Shown here: positions 41,243 to 50,739 of the stretch, one piece after another
Position numbering within the stretch: position 1 is the first letter of the stretch
Layout of the letters: the number at the start of each line of letters is the position of its first letter
DNA from: an uncultured Verrucomicrobiae bacterium
GTDB taxonomy: Bacteria; Verrucomicrobiota; Verrucomicrobiia; Chthoniobacterales; UBA10450
Length of the DNA stretch: 64,000 bases
Direction of reading: 5' to 3'
NCBI GenBank assembly: GCA_963772365.1
Contig: CAVYXA010000003.1
Location: 640,001 to 704,000 of the forward strand
Notes under the pieces: model-generated
Told to the model about the DNA's origin: nothing
The model's database searches: none
What the model saw: only the letters and a program-made list of their open reading frames with translations
Program-made: the position numbers and the translations under genes

Positions 41243-42070
41243 ATGAAAACCTGGATTGCAATCATGCCGGCTTTAACACTTCTGAGTTGTAGCGCAACGA
41301 CCGACCCGCTGACCAAGCAGCTCAAGGGCTATGGATATTACCCAGCGACGCCTCCTTCGAAAAAGCTGTCGTTAGGCGATATCTACCGGCAACCATCCAC
41401 CAAGGGGCGGCCGGTTGTATTTCTTCATCAACTAATCGGCGACGACCAGGTAAAGGAAATCTTTAAGAACCTGGCAGATCCCGTCGAATTGGGAAGCATC
41501 AGCGGCGACAGAAAGTACGACTTGTCAGTCAATGCCGACGTGATCGGCTATGTATCCGCCGCCCTGGAAGCTCATGGAGTCCGGAAGTTTTCGATCAAGT
41601 ACGGCAATGCGATTCAGTATAAGATTACGGATTACAATTGGGATCATCTTGGACCGCCGGAGCCGTTGCGAAAAAGAATTACCGATGCCTGGCCGGCTGC
41701 GCCCTTGGTTGGGAATTACGTGGTTACTGGCGTTCTCCGCGTCGATTCGCTCGAATACGAACTCGAAGATGGCCACGGCGCCAAGATCGACATCACGCCT
41801 GGAAGTGAGATCGAGAAAATTGTCAAAGCCGCGCTGAAGGGGGAGTGGAGCGCAAATCAGAACGGGAACATCTCCTTTAACGATCCGAAGCACCCAACAG
41901 TGGTCGGTGTGGAGTTTTCTCAAGTGGCTGAAGCAGGCGGCCTTTTGGCAGGAAGCTCCGCCACTTCGAGCAGCGCCACGCCAAGTGCGGTGGCGAGTGC
42001 CACGCCGGGTGCTGCGGCTCGCCCAGCGGGGCATCAGCCGACAGAGATCCACCGGCTCAAAAGAGAGTAG
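41243..42070 (+). CDS. Predicted lipoprotein with bacterial gasdermin-like sequence pattern
   Basis: Lipobox LLSC16; CSATTDPLTKQLKGYGYYPATPPSKKLSLGDIY, YVVTGVLRVDSLEYEL, ISFNDPKHPTVVGVEF; low-complexity tail. Confidence 0.65.
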   Translation: MKTWIAIMPALTLLSCSATTDPLTKQLKGYGYYPATPPSKKLSLGDIYRQPSTKGRPVVFLHQLIGDDQVKEIFKNLADPVELGSISGDRKYDLSVNADVIGYVSAALEAHGVRKFSIKYGNAIQYKITDYNWDHLGPPEPLRKRITDAWPAAPLVGNYVVTGVLRVDSLEYELEDGHGAKIDITPGSEIEKIVKAALKGEWSANQNGNISFNDPKHPTVVGVEFSQVAEAGGLLAGSSATSSSATPSAVASATPGAAARPAGHQPTEIHRLKRE

Positions 42071-42216
42071 CCGATTGCCAAGATGTTAGAAGAATCCCAC
42101 TGCCCCGCCGCAGGCCGCGCGCTTCGCTCATTCTCCCGACTAGAGAACTCGAACCACCTCCCGGGCAGTATAATGCGTCCAAAAACGGTTCGGGATTCGA
42201 ATCTCCTTCAGCAATT

Positions 42217-42504
42217 ATGAAAAAAAATCTTGCGATATTAATGGCGGCTTTAATGACTGTGACTGCGCTGGGAACGCAAAGTGCGAAGGCTCTCGGCTTT
42301 TCGATTGAAATCGGGGATCGCCCATATTACCAGGGACCGGAATTCTGGGACTGGGGCTGGCATTATGTGTGGATTCCCGGGCACTTGCATCATCATCATT
42401 GGATCCACGGCTACTATGAGCGCAGGGGAGAATGGAATCATCGATATCTGGGTACGCATCATCACTGGGGCAACCATCATCATCATCACCACGATCATCA
42501 TTGA
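42217..42504 (+). CDS. Small secreted His/Trp-rich protein (YXWGXW-like)
   Basis: Signal peptide; YVWIPGH, HWIHGYY, terminal His run. Confidence 0.8.
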   Translation: MKKNLAILMAALMTVTALGTQSAKALGFSIEIGDRPYYQGPEFWDWGWHYVWIPGHLHHHHWIHGYYERRGEWNHRYLGTHHHWGNHHHHHHDHH

Positions 42505-42554
42505 TCGCGCCGTACAATCGAAGCTTAGGCCTCAATTTGAGAGTCAGAGTGTAG

Positions 42555-43346
42555 TTAGTCCTGCAGCGCCTCTACCGGATCGCCGCGGCGGATAAGGCCT
42601 TCCGTTACGACTACGCCGTAAACGCCGGCCATTCCTCCGTACGCTTGTGCAACCTTCTTCAGTAGCCTCGGTTCCTTCTCTGCTGTGTCGGGGTCGAGCG
42701 TGATCAACATGCAGCGCGAATCGCGATCGGTGACATGAATGACGACTTTTGATCCGATTCGCAATGAGCGGCCGACGAATGCGTCTTCCCCAGAACCGTC
42801 GGAAGATTTTAAATCCAAATAAAGGTTCGCCCGGAACCGGCGTTTATCCACGATCATCCCAGTTTCGTCGCTGAGTTTTTGAGCCGATTGCAGTGAGAAG
42901 ATCGACACCGGGCGACAATCGGTAATGGCCTTTTCCGACCGGAGCAGAGTCAGCTCGTGTTGCGCACCGATGTTTGCTCGCAGATGATCGATTAATTCTG
43001 GATCATCGATTGCGAAGGTTTGTCCGTCCGGCGTTTCGACGTCGATCATCAGCTCGGCAGCATTCGCCGAGATCGGGTTCGCTCCGCCGCATTTTTCCGC
43101 TTCGGCCACATTGATTGGTTGCGCCGCTTTTTCGGGAAACCGGTATCGCGCACGATAGCGAATCATTTGCGGTTTATCTCGTCCGGTGAAAAACGGAAAC
43201 CCTCTGCGATTTGCGGAACTCTCGAATGCAAAGAGACGGTCGCCGTAAACTCCGGCATAACTGACGAAGAGTTCATCCATTTCCTCGCCGCGCATGCTCT
43301 TCACAGGATAGCGCCACAAGCTTTCGACTGTGCCCACAATAGCCAT
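42555..43346 (-). CDS. MOSC domain protein
   Basis: LWRYPVKSMRGE, GDRLFA, RRFRANL, RCMLITLDP, GVYGVVVTEG. Confidence 0.93.
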   Translation of the reverse strand: MAIVGTVESLWRYPVKSMRGEEMDELFVSYAGVYGDRLFAFESSANRRGFPFFTGRDKPQMIRYRARYRFPEKAAQPINVAEAEKCGGANPISANAAELMIDVETPDGQTFAIDDPELIDHLRANIGAQHELTLLRSEKAITDCRPVSIFSLQSAQKLSDETGMIVDKRRFRANLYLDLKSSDGSGEDAFVGRSLRIGSKVVIHVTDRDSRCMLITLDPDTAEKEPRLLKKVAQAYGGMAGVYGVVVTEGLIRRGDPVEALQD

Positions 43347-43463
43347 GATCGGCCAGATTAGGGCTTCACGGGAAAACGTCCAATCCTTGTTCTAACCCCC
43401 ATGTCGAATTCAGAACAAATCGACGGAGTTGATGCGTTAATGACAAGGAAGTACGTAAACCGG

Positions 43464-44117
43464 ATGAAGCATTTGTCGTTGACAGTATGGGGAGCCGTCT
43501 TGGCTGCGATTGCAATTTGCCCAGCTGGATTTGCGGGAACGAAGAAGTATGAAATTGGCAATCCCGGGTCGTGGTTATTGGCGATTACGGGCAAGATGGG
43601 CGTGTTTAGTTTTGCGGCCCACAAACATGCAGTATTCGCAACTCGGTGGTCGGCGGAGGTGCGGGTGGATGCTGTCGATCCTCGGAAATCAACGGCGACG
43701 GTAACGATTCCGGTTTCGGCATTGATCATCGACAGCGCAGAGGCGCGTCAAAGGGCGGAATTAGGCGCGGGCCCGAGCGCAAAGGATGTTCGCGAGATTC
43801 AACTGCGCATGCTTGGCCCGGAGGTACTGGATGCAAAGCATTATCCGGAAATCCGATTGACTACGACTGCAGTGGAGAAAACTGGCTCGGGCGCGCTGCG
43901 GATTACTGGTCGATTCACAATGCACGGCCATTCGAAAATGATCAGCGTACCGGCGAATTACGAGGAGAATGGAAAAGGTGGCGGACGCGTTCACGGCCAG
44001 TTCACCATCCAGCAGACGGATTTCGGAATAAGGCCGCAGAGCGTGGCGGGCGGAACCGTAAAAGTGGCGGACGAAGTCACGATCCGCTTTCAGGTCGTTA
44101 TTACGCCGAAAGCCTGA
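43464..44117 (+). CDS. YceI family protein
   Basis: Signal peptide; EVLDAKHYPEI, GRFTMHG, QTDFGIRP, KVADEV. Confidence 0.88.
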   Translation: MKHLSLTVWGAVLAAIAICPAGFAGTKKYEIGNPGSWLLAITGKMGVFSFAAHKHAVFATRWSAEVRVDAVDPRKSTATVTIPVSALIIDSAEARQRAELGAGPSAKDVREIQLRMLGPEVLDAKHYPEIRLTTTAVEKTGSGALRITGRFTMHGHSKMISVPANYEENGKGGGRVHGQFTIQQTDFGIRPQSVAGGTVKVADEVTIRFQVVITPKA

Positions 44118-44190
44118 CATTCGGGCGCTGGCAGATTTTTGTGTGCTGCTTCGACTTGATGCGAACACTGGCGAGGCGAGGTTAAGTCCA

Positions 44191-44853
44191 ATGCAAGCGA
44201 TTCAGAATATTCGGAGTCGGCCTGCATTGACAGTAACGCCGCAGGCACTGGCGTGGGATGGAGAATCGCTTTGGCTGAGCTCACGCGATCTTGGGACCCT
44301 TTACAAAATCGATCGCAAGAGTTGGAAGATTCTTGAGGAAGTCGATCCGCCGGGAGTTGTCTGGGCCGGCGTATTCACTAATGATGGATGGCGTTTCACG
44401 ATCGGAAAGGGATTGAACGACGATCGTTACGTGTATCGCTACACTCCCGGGGAAGGCTTCACGAAGCTGTTCGCCTGTTCGGATTTCACCGGTTCCTATC
44501 TCAGCTTTGACGGCGAGAATTGTTACCTGAGCCAATGGTATAAAGGGGAGATTCACCAATTCGCCGATTCCGGCAAGATCATGCGAACGCTGGATGTGGG
44601 CGAAGAGATCTGCGGCCACACATTTGCCGACGGACTGCTCTACGTGCTTCGTGGCCGGGAATACAAAGATGTTCCAAATAAAGCAGAAGAGTGGCGCATC
44701 GTTCGGCTCGACCCGCGTGAGAAAAACCCGCGCGTGGAGGAGCTCGCGACGATTCCATTTGCATCGCGCTCCCTCACGTTTGACGGCGAGAAATTTTGGT
44801 CGAATCATCGCGCCGCGAATGAAACGATCTCGTTCAGACTGCCTTCGTCATAA
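44191..44853 (+). CDS. Hypothetical beta-propeller-like protein
   Basis: Repeated LAWDGESLW / LSFDGENCY / LTFDGEKFW blades. Confidence 0.65.
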   Translation: MQAIQNIRSRPALTVTPQALAWDGESLWLSSRDLGTLYKIDRKSWKILEEVDPPGVVWAGVFTNDGWRFTIGKGLNDDRYVYRYTPGEGFTKLFACSDFTGSYLSFDGENCYLSQWYKGEIHQFADSGKIMRTLDVGEEICGHTFADGLLYVLRGREYKDVPNKAEEWRIVRLDPREKNPRVEELATIPFASRSLTFDGEKFWSNHRAANETISFRLPSS

Positions 44854-45442
44854 GTGCACGAGTACGGCGGCGTGTCAGCGATTTGGCGCCAAGCTTTGCA
44901 TGTCGCGGACAGCTGACAAGATGATCATTGACCATTCCCACCGCCTGCATGAAGGCGTAACAAATTGTCGATCCTATGAATTTAAATCCGCGTAGCGCCA
45001 GATCTCGACTCATCGCGTCTGAACCAGCTGTGCGTGCAGGCACTTGAGACATCGTCCGCCACTGATTCTGTTTCGGTTTTCCATCGACAAACCTCCAAAG
45101 ATAATTGTCGAAGCTGCCGAATTCTTTTCGAACCACGAGAAACGCTTTCGCATTTTGGATTGTTGCCGCGATTTTTAACCGGTTGCGCACGATCCCGGAA
45201 TCGCCCAACAATCGTTTCACATCACGCGCGCCGTAGCGCGCAATCTTTTCCGGGCGAAATCCATCAAATGCTTTTCGATAGTTCTCTCGCTTTTTCAGAA
45301 TCGTGGTCCAGCTCAGGCCGGCTTGCGCGCCTTCGAGAATGAGAAACTCGAAGAGCTTGCGATCATTGTGAACCGGCACACCCCATTCCTCATCGTGATA
45401 GGTGATATTCGGCTCGCTGCTGGCCCAGGGACAACGCGGCAT
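44834..45442 (-). CDS. tag: DNA-3-methyladenine glycosylase I
   Basis: RCPW, YHDEEWG, LEGAQAGLSW, IVRNRLKI, GMVNDHLVSC. Confidence 0.96.
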   Translation of the reverse strand: MPRCPWASSEPNITYHDEEWGVPVHNDRKLFEFLILEGAQAGLSWTTILKKRENYRKAFDGFRPEKIARYGARDVKRLLGDSGIVRNRLKIAATIQNAKAFLVVRKEFGSFDNYLWRFVDGKPKQNQWRTMSQVPARTAGSDAMSRDLALRGFKFIGSTICYAFMQAVGMVNDHLVSCPRHAKLGAKSLTRRRTRALMTKAV

Positions 45443-45451
45443 GCGGTTCAG

Positions 45452-46783
45452 CTACTTAACCCGTTTACCATGCTTGATGATAAGATCGACATGATGCAAT
45501 AAGTCGATGTATCGCAGCACGTCGCCTTTCACTGCAATGATGTCCGCGAACTTCCCCTCGCTGATTGAACCATAGTCCTTGTCCGCCTTCATCATGACCG
45601 CAGGCCAGTAAGTCGCGGCCCGGATCGCCGTCATGGCATCGACGCCGAGATGATTCACCCACGCATCCAGCTCATGCCAGGTGGATTGATTATGAAATTT
45701 CATCGGAATCCCGCTGTCCGTGCCGATCAACAGGACGACCCCGGACTGCTGAAGTTGTTGAAATTTGTGTGCCACGGTTTTGGCGCGAAGCGGTGTGATC
45801 TGGTAATAGGAAAGCTGATTTGGATGGGCGATCGACTGCTTGATATCGGCCGCGATATCGGGCGGAATAAACTCATAGTTCGCCGGATCATCGAGCGGCT
45901 CCGGATTTTCCACTAACGATTCGTAATTGATGAAACCTTCAATGGTTGGGCACCAGAAGAGCGGACCTAAATTCATTTTCGCCGTTCGTTCGTGCAGCGC
46001 CTTGAGGACATCGTCAGGATAACCGGGCGCCGCAGAGAGACCGGTGTGTTCGAAGCAATCCACACCTGCGGCAAGCCCGCGCCGGATTTCTTCCGGGCGA
46101 TGTGCGTGGGCGACCACAGGCAATTTGTGGGCGTGTGCTTCATCGACAACAGCCTTCACTTCTTCCATGGTCATCTGGTCCTGATCGATCAACTTGATGA
46201 TGTTGACGCCGGCATCGGCGAGTTTTTTCACTTTAGCTTTCCCATCGGCGGCGCCCTTGACTCCCCAGCGAAAATTTTCGGTGCCGGGATAAGGCTCGTG
46301 TTGGATAAACGGGCCCGCGACGTAAAGAGTCGGGCCTGGAATCTCTCCACGAGTGATCCGGTCGCGGAGACTGATGCTCTCCTTGAGCGGCCCGCCAAGA
46401 TCGCGCGCGCTAGTAATGCCTGCCATGAGAAGCTGGTGCGCGGCTGCTGGCATAATCTCGTTTCCCAAACGCGCCGGATATGTTTTGTCCCAATGCGGAT
46501 AATCACTGTGGCCAAGCAACATGGTGTGGACGTGGCAATCCCAAAGCCCGGGCAGCACATCCATGCCTTCAGTGGAAATGATTTCGGCATCCGTCGGGAC
46601 TTTCAGTGCACCGACTGTTCCGACCGCGGTGATGCGTTCGTTGTCGATGATGATTACGCTATTCGCGAGCGGATGCCCGCCGAAACCATCAATCAGACGG
46701 CCTCCGACCAGCGCAAGCGGGCGGGCTTGTGCCGATGCAACCAGAATTACAAAAAGGAATGTTCGAGTAAGGCAACGCTTCAT
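45452..46783 (-). CDS. Secreted amidohydrolase family protein
   Basis: Signal peptide; LPGLWDCHVH, AHAH, FEH, IGTDSG, GKFADIIAV. Confidence 0.9.
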   Translation of the reverse strand: MKRCLTRTFLFVILVASAQARPLALVGGRLIDGFGGHPLANSVIIIDNERITAVGTVGALKVPTDAEIISTEGMDVLPGLWDCHVHTMLLGHSDYPHWDKTYPARLGNEIMPAAAHQLLMAGITSARDLGGPLKESISLRDRITRGEIPGPTLYVAGPFIQHEPYPGTENFRWGVKGAADGKAKVKKLADAGVNIIKLIDQDQMTMEEVKAVVDEAHAHKLPVVAHAHRPEEIRRGLAAGVDCFEHTGLSAAPGYPDDVLKALHERTAKMNLGPLFWCPTIEGFINYESLVENPEPLDDPANYEFIPPDIAADIKQSIAHPNQLSYYQITPLRAKTVAHKFQQLQQSGVVLLIGTDSGIPMKFHNQSTWHELDAWVNHLGVDAMTAIRAATYWPAVMMKADKDYGSISEGKFADIIAVKGDVLRYIDLLHHVDLIIKHGKRVK

Positions 46784-46894
46784 GGTGGCACGGATGGTAC
46801 ATTGCCGATTGCTCGGAGGCGAGCCTGTTAAATTTCGAGAAAGCGGACTATCGATAGTGTTGTTTCGAGAACTGCGGATGATTAGCTTGCCGGC

Positions 46895-47242
46895 GTGACG
46901 ACAAATGACTTTCGCAAGATGGCACTGGGTCTTCCAGACACGTTCGAAGCTTCGCACCTTGGTCATCCAGATTTTCGAGTGAAAGGAGGCAAGATTTTTG
47001 CGACGCTCGGGTATCCGGATGTTCAGTTTGGTGTACTGATACTCACACCAGATCAGCAGCAAGAGTTGATCGGTCGCTATCCAGAAATGTTTTTCCCGGT
47101 CGGAGGCGGCTGGGGGAAGCGAGGAAGCACGCAGGTGCTCTTGCAATCAGCTACGCGGCATGTCGTTGAATCGGCAATGAAGATTGCCTGGTGGAAAGCA
47201 GCGCCGAAGAAACTCGTGGATCGAGTCACGAAGCCAAACTGA
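46895..47242 (+). CDS. MmcQ/YjbR family protein
   Basis: SHLGHPDFRV-GGKIFATL, GGWGKRGST. Confidence 0.88.
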   Translation: MTTNDFRKMALGLPDTFEASHLGHPDFRVKGGKIFATLGYPDVQFGVLILTPDQQQELIGRYPEMFFPVGGGWGKRGSTQVLLQSATRHVVESAMKIAWWKAAPKKLVDRVTKPN

Positions 47243-48920
47243 TTTGCACACCGGCCACGGCCATACCGCCTTCGCCGACTGCAGCAGCGCAGCGTTTCAC
47301 CGAACCGGAGCGGACGTCGCCTGCAGCGAAAATTCCGGGCAAGCTCGTTTCGAGCGGACTCGGCTGGCGATTGCTGGTTTTCCATGCTGCTGCGTTTGCC
47401 ACAGTCGCTCCTGTTTTGATGAATCCCTTCTCATCGCGCTCGATTTCCTCCGGTAACCAGTCGGTGCAGGGTCGAGCGCCAATCATCGAAAAGACAGCCG
47501 GTGTTTGAACGACACGACGTTCGCCGGTCTGTGTATTTTCCAGTTCGACCAGTTCGAGCTTTTTGTCGCCCGACATTTTGCGGATCTCTGTCCGGTAAAG
47601 AATCTCGATGTTCTTTTGAGATTGCACCCGACGAGAAAGGTAGTCCGACATATTTTTCGCGAGGTTTTCGCCGCGAATAACCAGCATGACTTTTGAGGCT
47701 CCTTCGCACAGAAACATCGCGGCCTGTCCAGCTGAGTTCCCGCTTCCGGCGACAATCACGGTTTCGCCGCGGCAAATCTGACTCTCCAAGGATGTGGCGG
47801 CGTAGTAAACGCCGACGCCTTCAAATCCTTCGCGACCTTCCGCGTCGAGCCGGCGATAATCCGCGCCCGTTGCAATCAGAACGGTTTTCGCGCGCAGCAT
47901 TGCCGGGCAACCTTCGACCTCGAGACAGGCGCGATAACCATCGCTACCGTTGTAGCGAAGCGACCGAGCCTGCGCCGGAGTGGAAAATTTCGCGCCGAAT
48001 CGATAGGCCTGAAGTTGGGCGAGCCAGGTCAAATCGCCGCCGCTGATTCCGGTCGGAAATCCAAAGAAGTTTTCAATCAGGGAAGAGGAACCGGCTTGAC
48101 CACCCGGCGCATAGCTTTCCAACACGACTGTCTTCAACCCTTCGGACGACGCGTATACCGCCGCGGCCAGCCCGGCCGGGCCAGCGCCTACAATCGTCAG
48201 GTCGGACAAAATCTCGGTCTCATTCTCGAATGCAAGCGGGCGAAGCAAACCGGCAACTTGCGCGACTTCGCGCAGCGAAGGCCGGCGTAGAGGAGTGCCA
48301 GCCGGCGTGATGAGCGCGGGCAGGTCGCGAGTTGTCAGATGAAGACGCTTGCTCACCGCCTGTCCCTGTTCGCTTTCAAACTCGATTAATCGATGCGGGA
48401 TTCGGTTTTTATCGAGGAAATCGTCAAGCTGATGTCCATCGCGCGCGTCGCGGGCAGCCAGAACGCGCAGCCCGGCAAATTCGCGATCCCGCCGAAGACG
48501 GCGACGGCGCATGATCAATGCATCGACGATCGCGGTGCTGACACTAGGCAGCTCAGCTAACGCGCGGCGAAGCTTTTCTGCTGGAACATGAAGCACCTCT
48601 GCTTCTGTCGATTTCACCCTTGCCGTGGCCAGGGCCGAAGTACCCTGCAACATCGAGACGTCGCCGATGAAATCGCGCTCCTGTCCGGTAGCCAGAATCT
48701 GTTCTGTGCCATCGCGCTGTTCAAAGACTTCGATCTCGCCGCGGAGAACGATAGTCAGCCCGAGATCGCGTTGTCCGGCTTTGAAAACCAGGTCGTCGCG
48801 ATTCATCGTTCGCCGTTGCCCTAACGGCTCGAGCAACGAAAGTTGGTAATCGTTGAGCTTCGGGAAAGCGGCACTTTCCGTATCGCGATAGAATCGCTCG
48901 TCCTCTTGCTCGTCAGCCAT
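47226..48920 (-). CDS. cNMP-binding domain fused to a thioredoxin-reductase-like FAD oxidoreductase
   Basis: N-terminal cNMP fold; IVGAGPAGLAAAVY, GGQAGSSSLIENFFGFP, GSGNSAGQAA, FAAGDVR. Confidence 0.9.
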   Translation of the reverse strand: MADEQEDERFYRDTESAAFPKLNDYQLSLLEPLGQRRTMNRDDLVFKAGQRDLGLTIVLRGEIEVFEQRDGTEQILATGQERDFIGDVSMLQGTSALATARVKSTEAEVLHVPAEKLRRALAELPSVSTAIVDALIMRRRRLRRDREFAGLRVLAARDARDGHQLDDFLDKNRIPHRLIEFESEQGQAVSKRLHLTTRDLPALITPAGTPLRRPSLREVAQVAGLLRPLAFENETEILSDLTIVGAGPAGLAAAVYASSEGLKTVVLESYAPGGQAGSSSLIENFFGFPTGISGGDLTWLAQLQAYRFGAKFSTPAQARSLRYNGSDGYRACLEVEGCPAMLRAKTVLIATGADYRRLDAEGREGFEGVGVYYAATSLESQICRGETVIVAGSGNSAGQAAMFLCEGASKVMLVIRGENLAKNMSDYLSRRVQSQKNIEILYRTEIRKMSGDKKLELVELENTQTGERRVVQTPAVFSMIGARPCTDWLPEEIERDEKGFIKTGATVANAAAWKTSNRQPSPLETSLPGIFAAGDVRSGSVKRCAAAVGEGGMAVAGVQISLAS

Positions 48921-48995
48921 AAGCCAAATCTACTCCCGGCTCGCGACAATTAAACCGGCCATGCTCTCATTCGGAATCTCCCGGAGACCCTGCCA

Positions 48996-49640
48996 CTATC
49001 GACCGACGACTTGGATCGACCGCACGATCGGTTGATAGAATCGCAGTGCTTCGATGTTACTTCGGAACGCGCGCAGAGGATAGAGCCCTTTGGCCGCGCC
49101 CGCGGCTGGATCACGTACGAGGTAGTCGAAACCGTCCTTGCCCGCGATCACGACAAAATGCGTGACGCCGTTGCGAAAACGCACTCGCACAATCACTGGA
49201 TTACCGCGCGCGAGATTCGAATCGATCAAATGATACGACGGCAAGTCTTCATAGACGTGGCGAACGCGATCAGGTGCGAACCAGGCGGCGCGGTCCCAAT
49301 AAAGCCAGCCGCGATTGGTGTATCCGCCATTCGCGCTCAAGAACCAATTCAGGAGCCGGGGATCGACATCGATCCCATAATATTTGAAAACCATCGCTGC
49401 CGCCACGACCGCACAGCCTTCGCCGCCAAGCGTTCCGTTGTCGGGAACTCCACCCAGCGGATCATCGCCCCATTTCTCATCGTTCTGTCGAAACGAGGGA
49501 ACCGCCAACGCAACTCGATGAAAAAAATAACGTCCGCCTCGCGGCGAAAGCTGGCGTTTCCAATTCCAATCGATCTCGACCCAAGCCAAACCGATCAGGA
49601 AAACAATTAACGGAATGATGAACAGCAACCAGCGCTTCAC
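48996..49640 (-). CDS. Peptidase C39-like family protein
   Basis: FRQNDEKW, GCAVVAAAMV, THFVVIAG, VRDP. Confidence 0.8.
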   Translation of the reverse strand: MKRWLLFIIPLIVFLIGLAWVEIDWNWKRQLSPRGGRYFFHRVALAVPSFRQNDEKWGDDPLGGVPDNGTLGGEGCAVVAAAMVFKYYGIDVDPRLLNWFLSANGGYTNRGWLYWDRAAWFAPDRVRHVYEDLPSYHLIDSNLARGNPVIVRVRFRNGVTHFVVIAGKDGFDYLVRDPAAGAAKGLYPLRAFRSNIEALRFYQPIVRSIQVVGR

Positions 49641-49688
49641 AGGATCGAACTGTAAAATTAATTGTCCAAATCGGCAAAACGAGAATGT

Positions 49689-50672
49689 CTAGCCCCACAG
49701 TTCCTGCGTGGGCAGGTCGATTCTTCCCTCTTGATAACAAATGGCATCAGCGCGGTCGCGGGCAAGGAGAAGCGGCCCATCGAGATCGACGTAATCGGTC
49801 CTCCTCGCAAGGATTCGAGCAGGAGCGACTCCTAATGAGGTGCACACCATGCAGCCAAAAAGCAATTTGAATCCCTCGTTCCGGGCACGGTCGCACAGTC
49901 GCAATGCTTCAGTGAATCCACCAGTCTTGTCGAGTTTCACGTTGATTGTGTCGTAGCGAGTTTTAAGCGGGGAAAGATCGACAGTTGTATGACAGCTCTC
50001 ATCCGCGCATACCGGAATCGGACGATCCAGCGTTTCTAAAATCTGATCAGCGCCGGCGGGGAACGGCTGCTCGATCAGTTCGATTTTCCACTGTTTCAAT
50101 TTCAAAACCATTTTTCTGTAATGTTCCGGCGACCACGATTCGTTGGCGTCCACGATCAGTCGCGCATCGGGTGCCGCTTTGCGTACCGCTCGGACTCGCT
50201 CAAGATCGAAATCATCGCCGCCGAGTTTCAATTTTAGGATCGGCAGATTGGCGACGGCTTGCGCCGCTTTCTCCATCTTTTCCGGCGTATCGAGGCTGAT
50301 GGTGAATGAACTTTCGACTTCGGCAGCGATCGAGATATTGGCCAATTCCCAGACGCGTTTGCGGGCGCGTTTCGCTTCCAAATCCCACAACGCGCAATCG
50401 AGAGCGTTCCGGGCAGCGCCAGCAGGCAGTAGTTGTTGAAGCCGTTGTCGATCCAAATTGTTCTCGCGCTTGATGGATTCAATCTGGGCCAAAGCGGAAT
50501 CGATGCTCTGATTGTAACGGGCAATCGGGACGCCTTCGCCGCGGCCAATGTAGTGTCCATCGGTTACCGTCGTGACGACCACGCGCGCTTCCGTGCGGCT
50601 GCCGCGTGAAGTCCGAAACATTCTCTTCAATGGCCAGACCTCTTCGCAGGCGGTAATCCTGAAGTGTGACAT
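49689..50672 (-). CDS. Dipeptide epimerase / DgcA-like enolase-superfamily enzyme
   Basis: AARNALDCALWDL, LKLKL, VDANESW, IEQP, ADES, KLDKTGG, DLDGP. Confidence 0.92.
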   Translation of the reverse strand: MSHFRITACEEVWPLKRMFRTSRGSRTEARVVVTTVTDGHYIGRGEGVPIARYNQSIDSALAQIESIKRENNLDRQRLQQLLPAGAARNALDCALWDLEAKRARKRVWELANISIAAEVESSFTISLDTPEKMEKAAQAVANLPILKLKLGGDDFDLERVRAVRKAAPDARLIVDANESWSPEHYRKMVLKLKQWKIELIEQPFPAGADQILETLDRPIPVCADESCHTTVDLSPLKTRYDTINVKLDKTGGFTEALRLCDRARNEGFKLLFGCMVCTSLGVAPARILARRTDYVDLDGPLLLARDRADAICYQEGRIDLPTQELWG

Positions 50673-50739
50673 TTGACGGACGAGAACAAAAACGTTGAAC
50701 GCTCAACGCTATCTCGCAAACTGTCCGAGCTCCGATCCT

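Noticed and set aside
46784..47146. N-terminal extension of the amidohydrolase (564-aa ORF)
   Set aside because: It overlaps the MmcQ/YjbR gene on the other strand; the signal peptide begins at 46783
48996..49640. C39-like peptidase as the activating protease of the gasdermin-like protein
   Set aside because: It is 7 kb away, separated by unrelated genes, and nothing in the sequence links them
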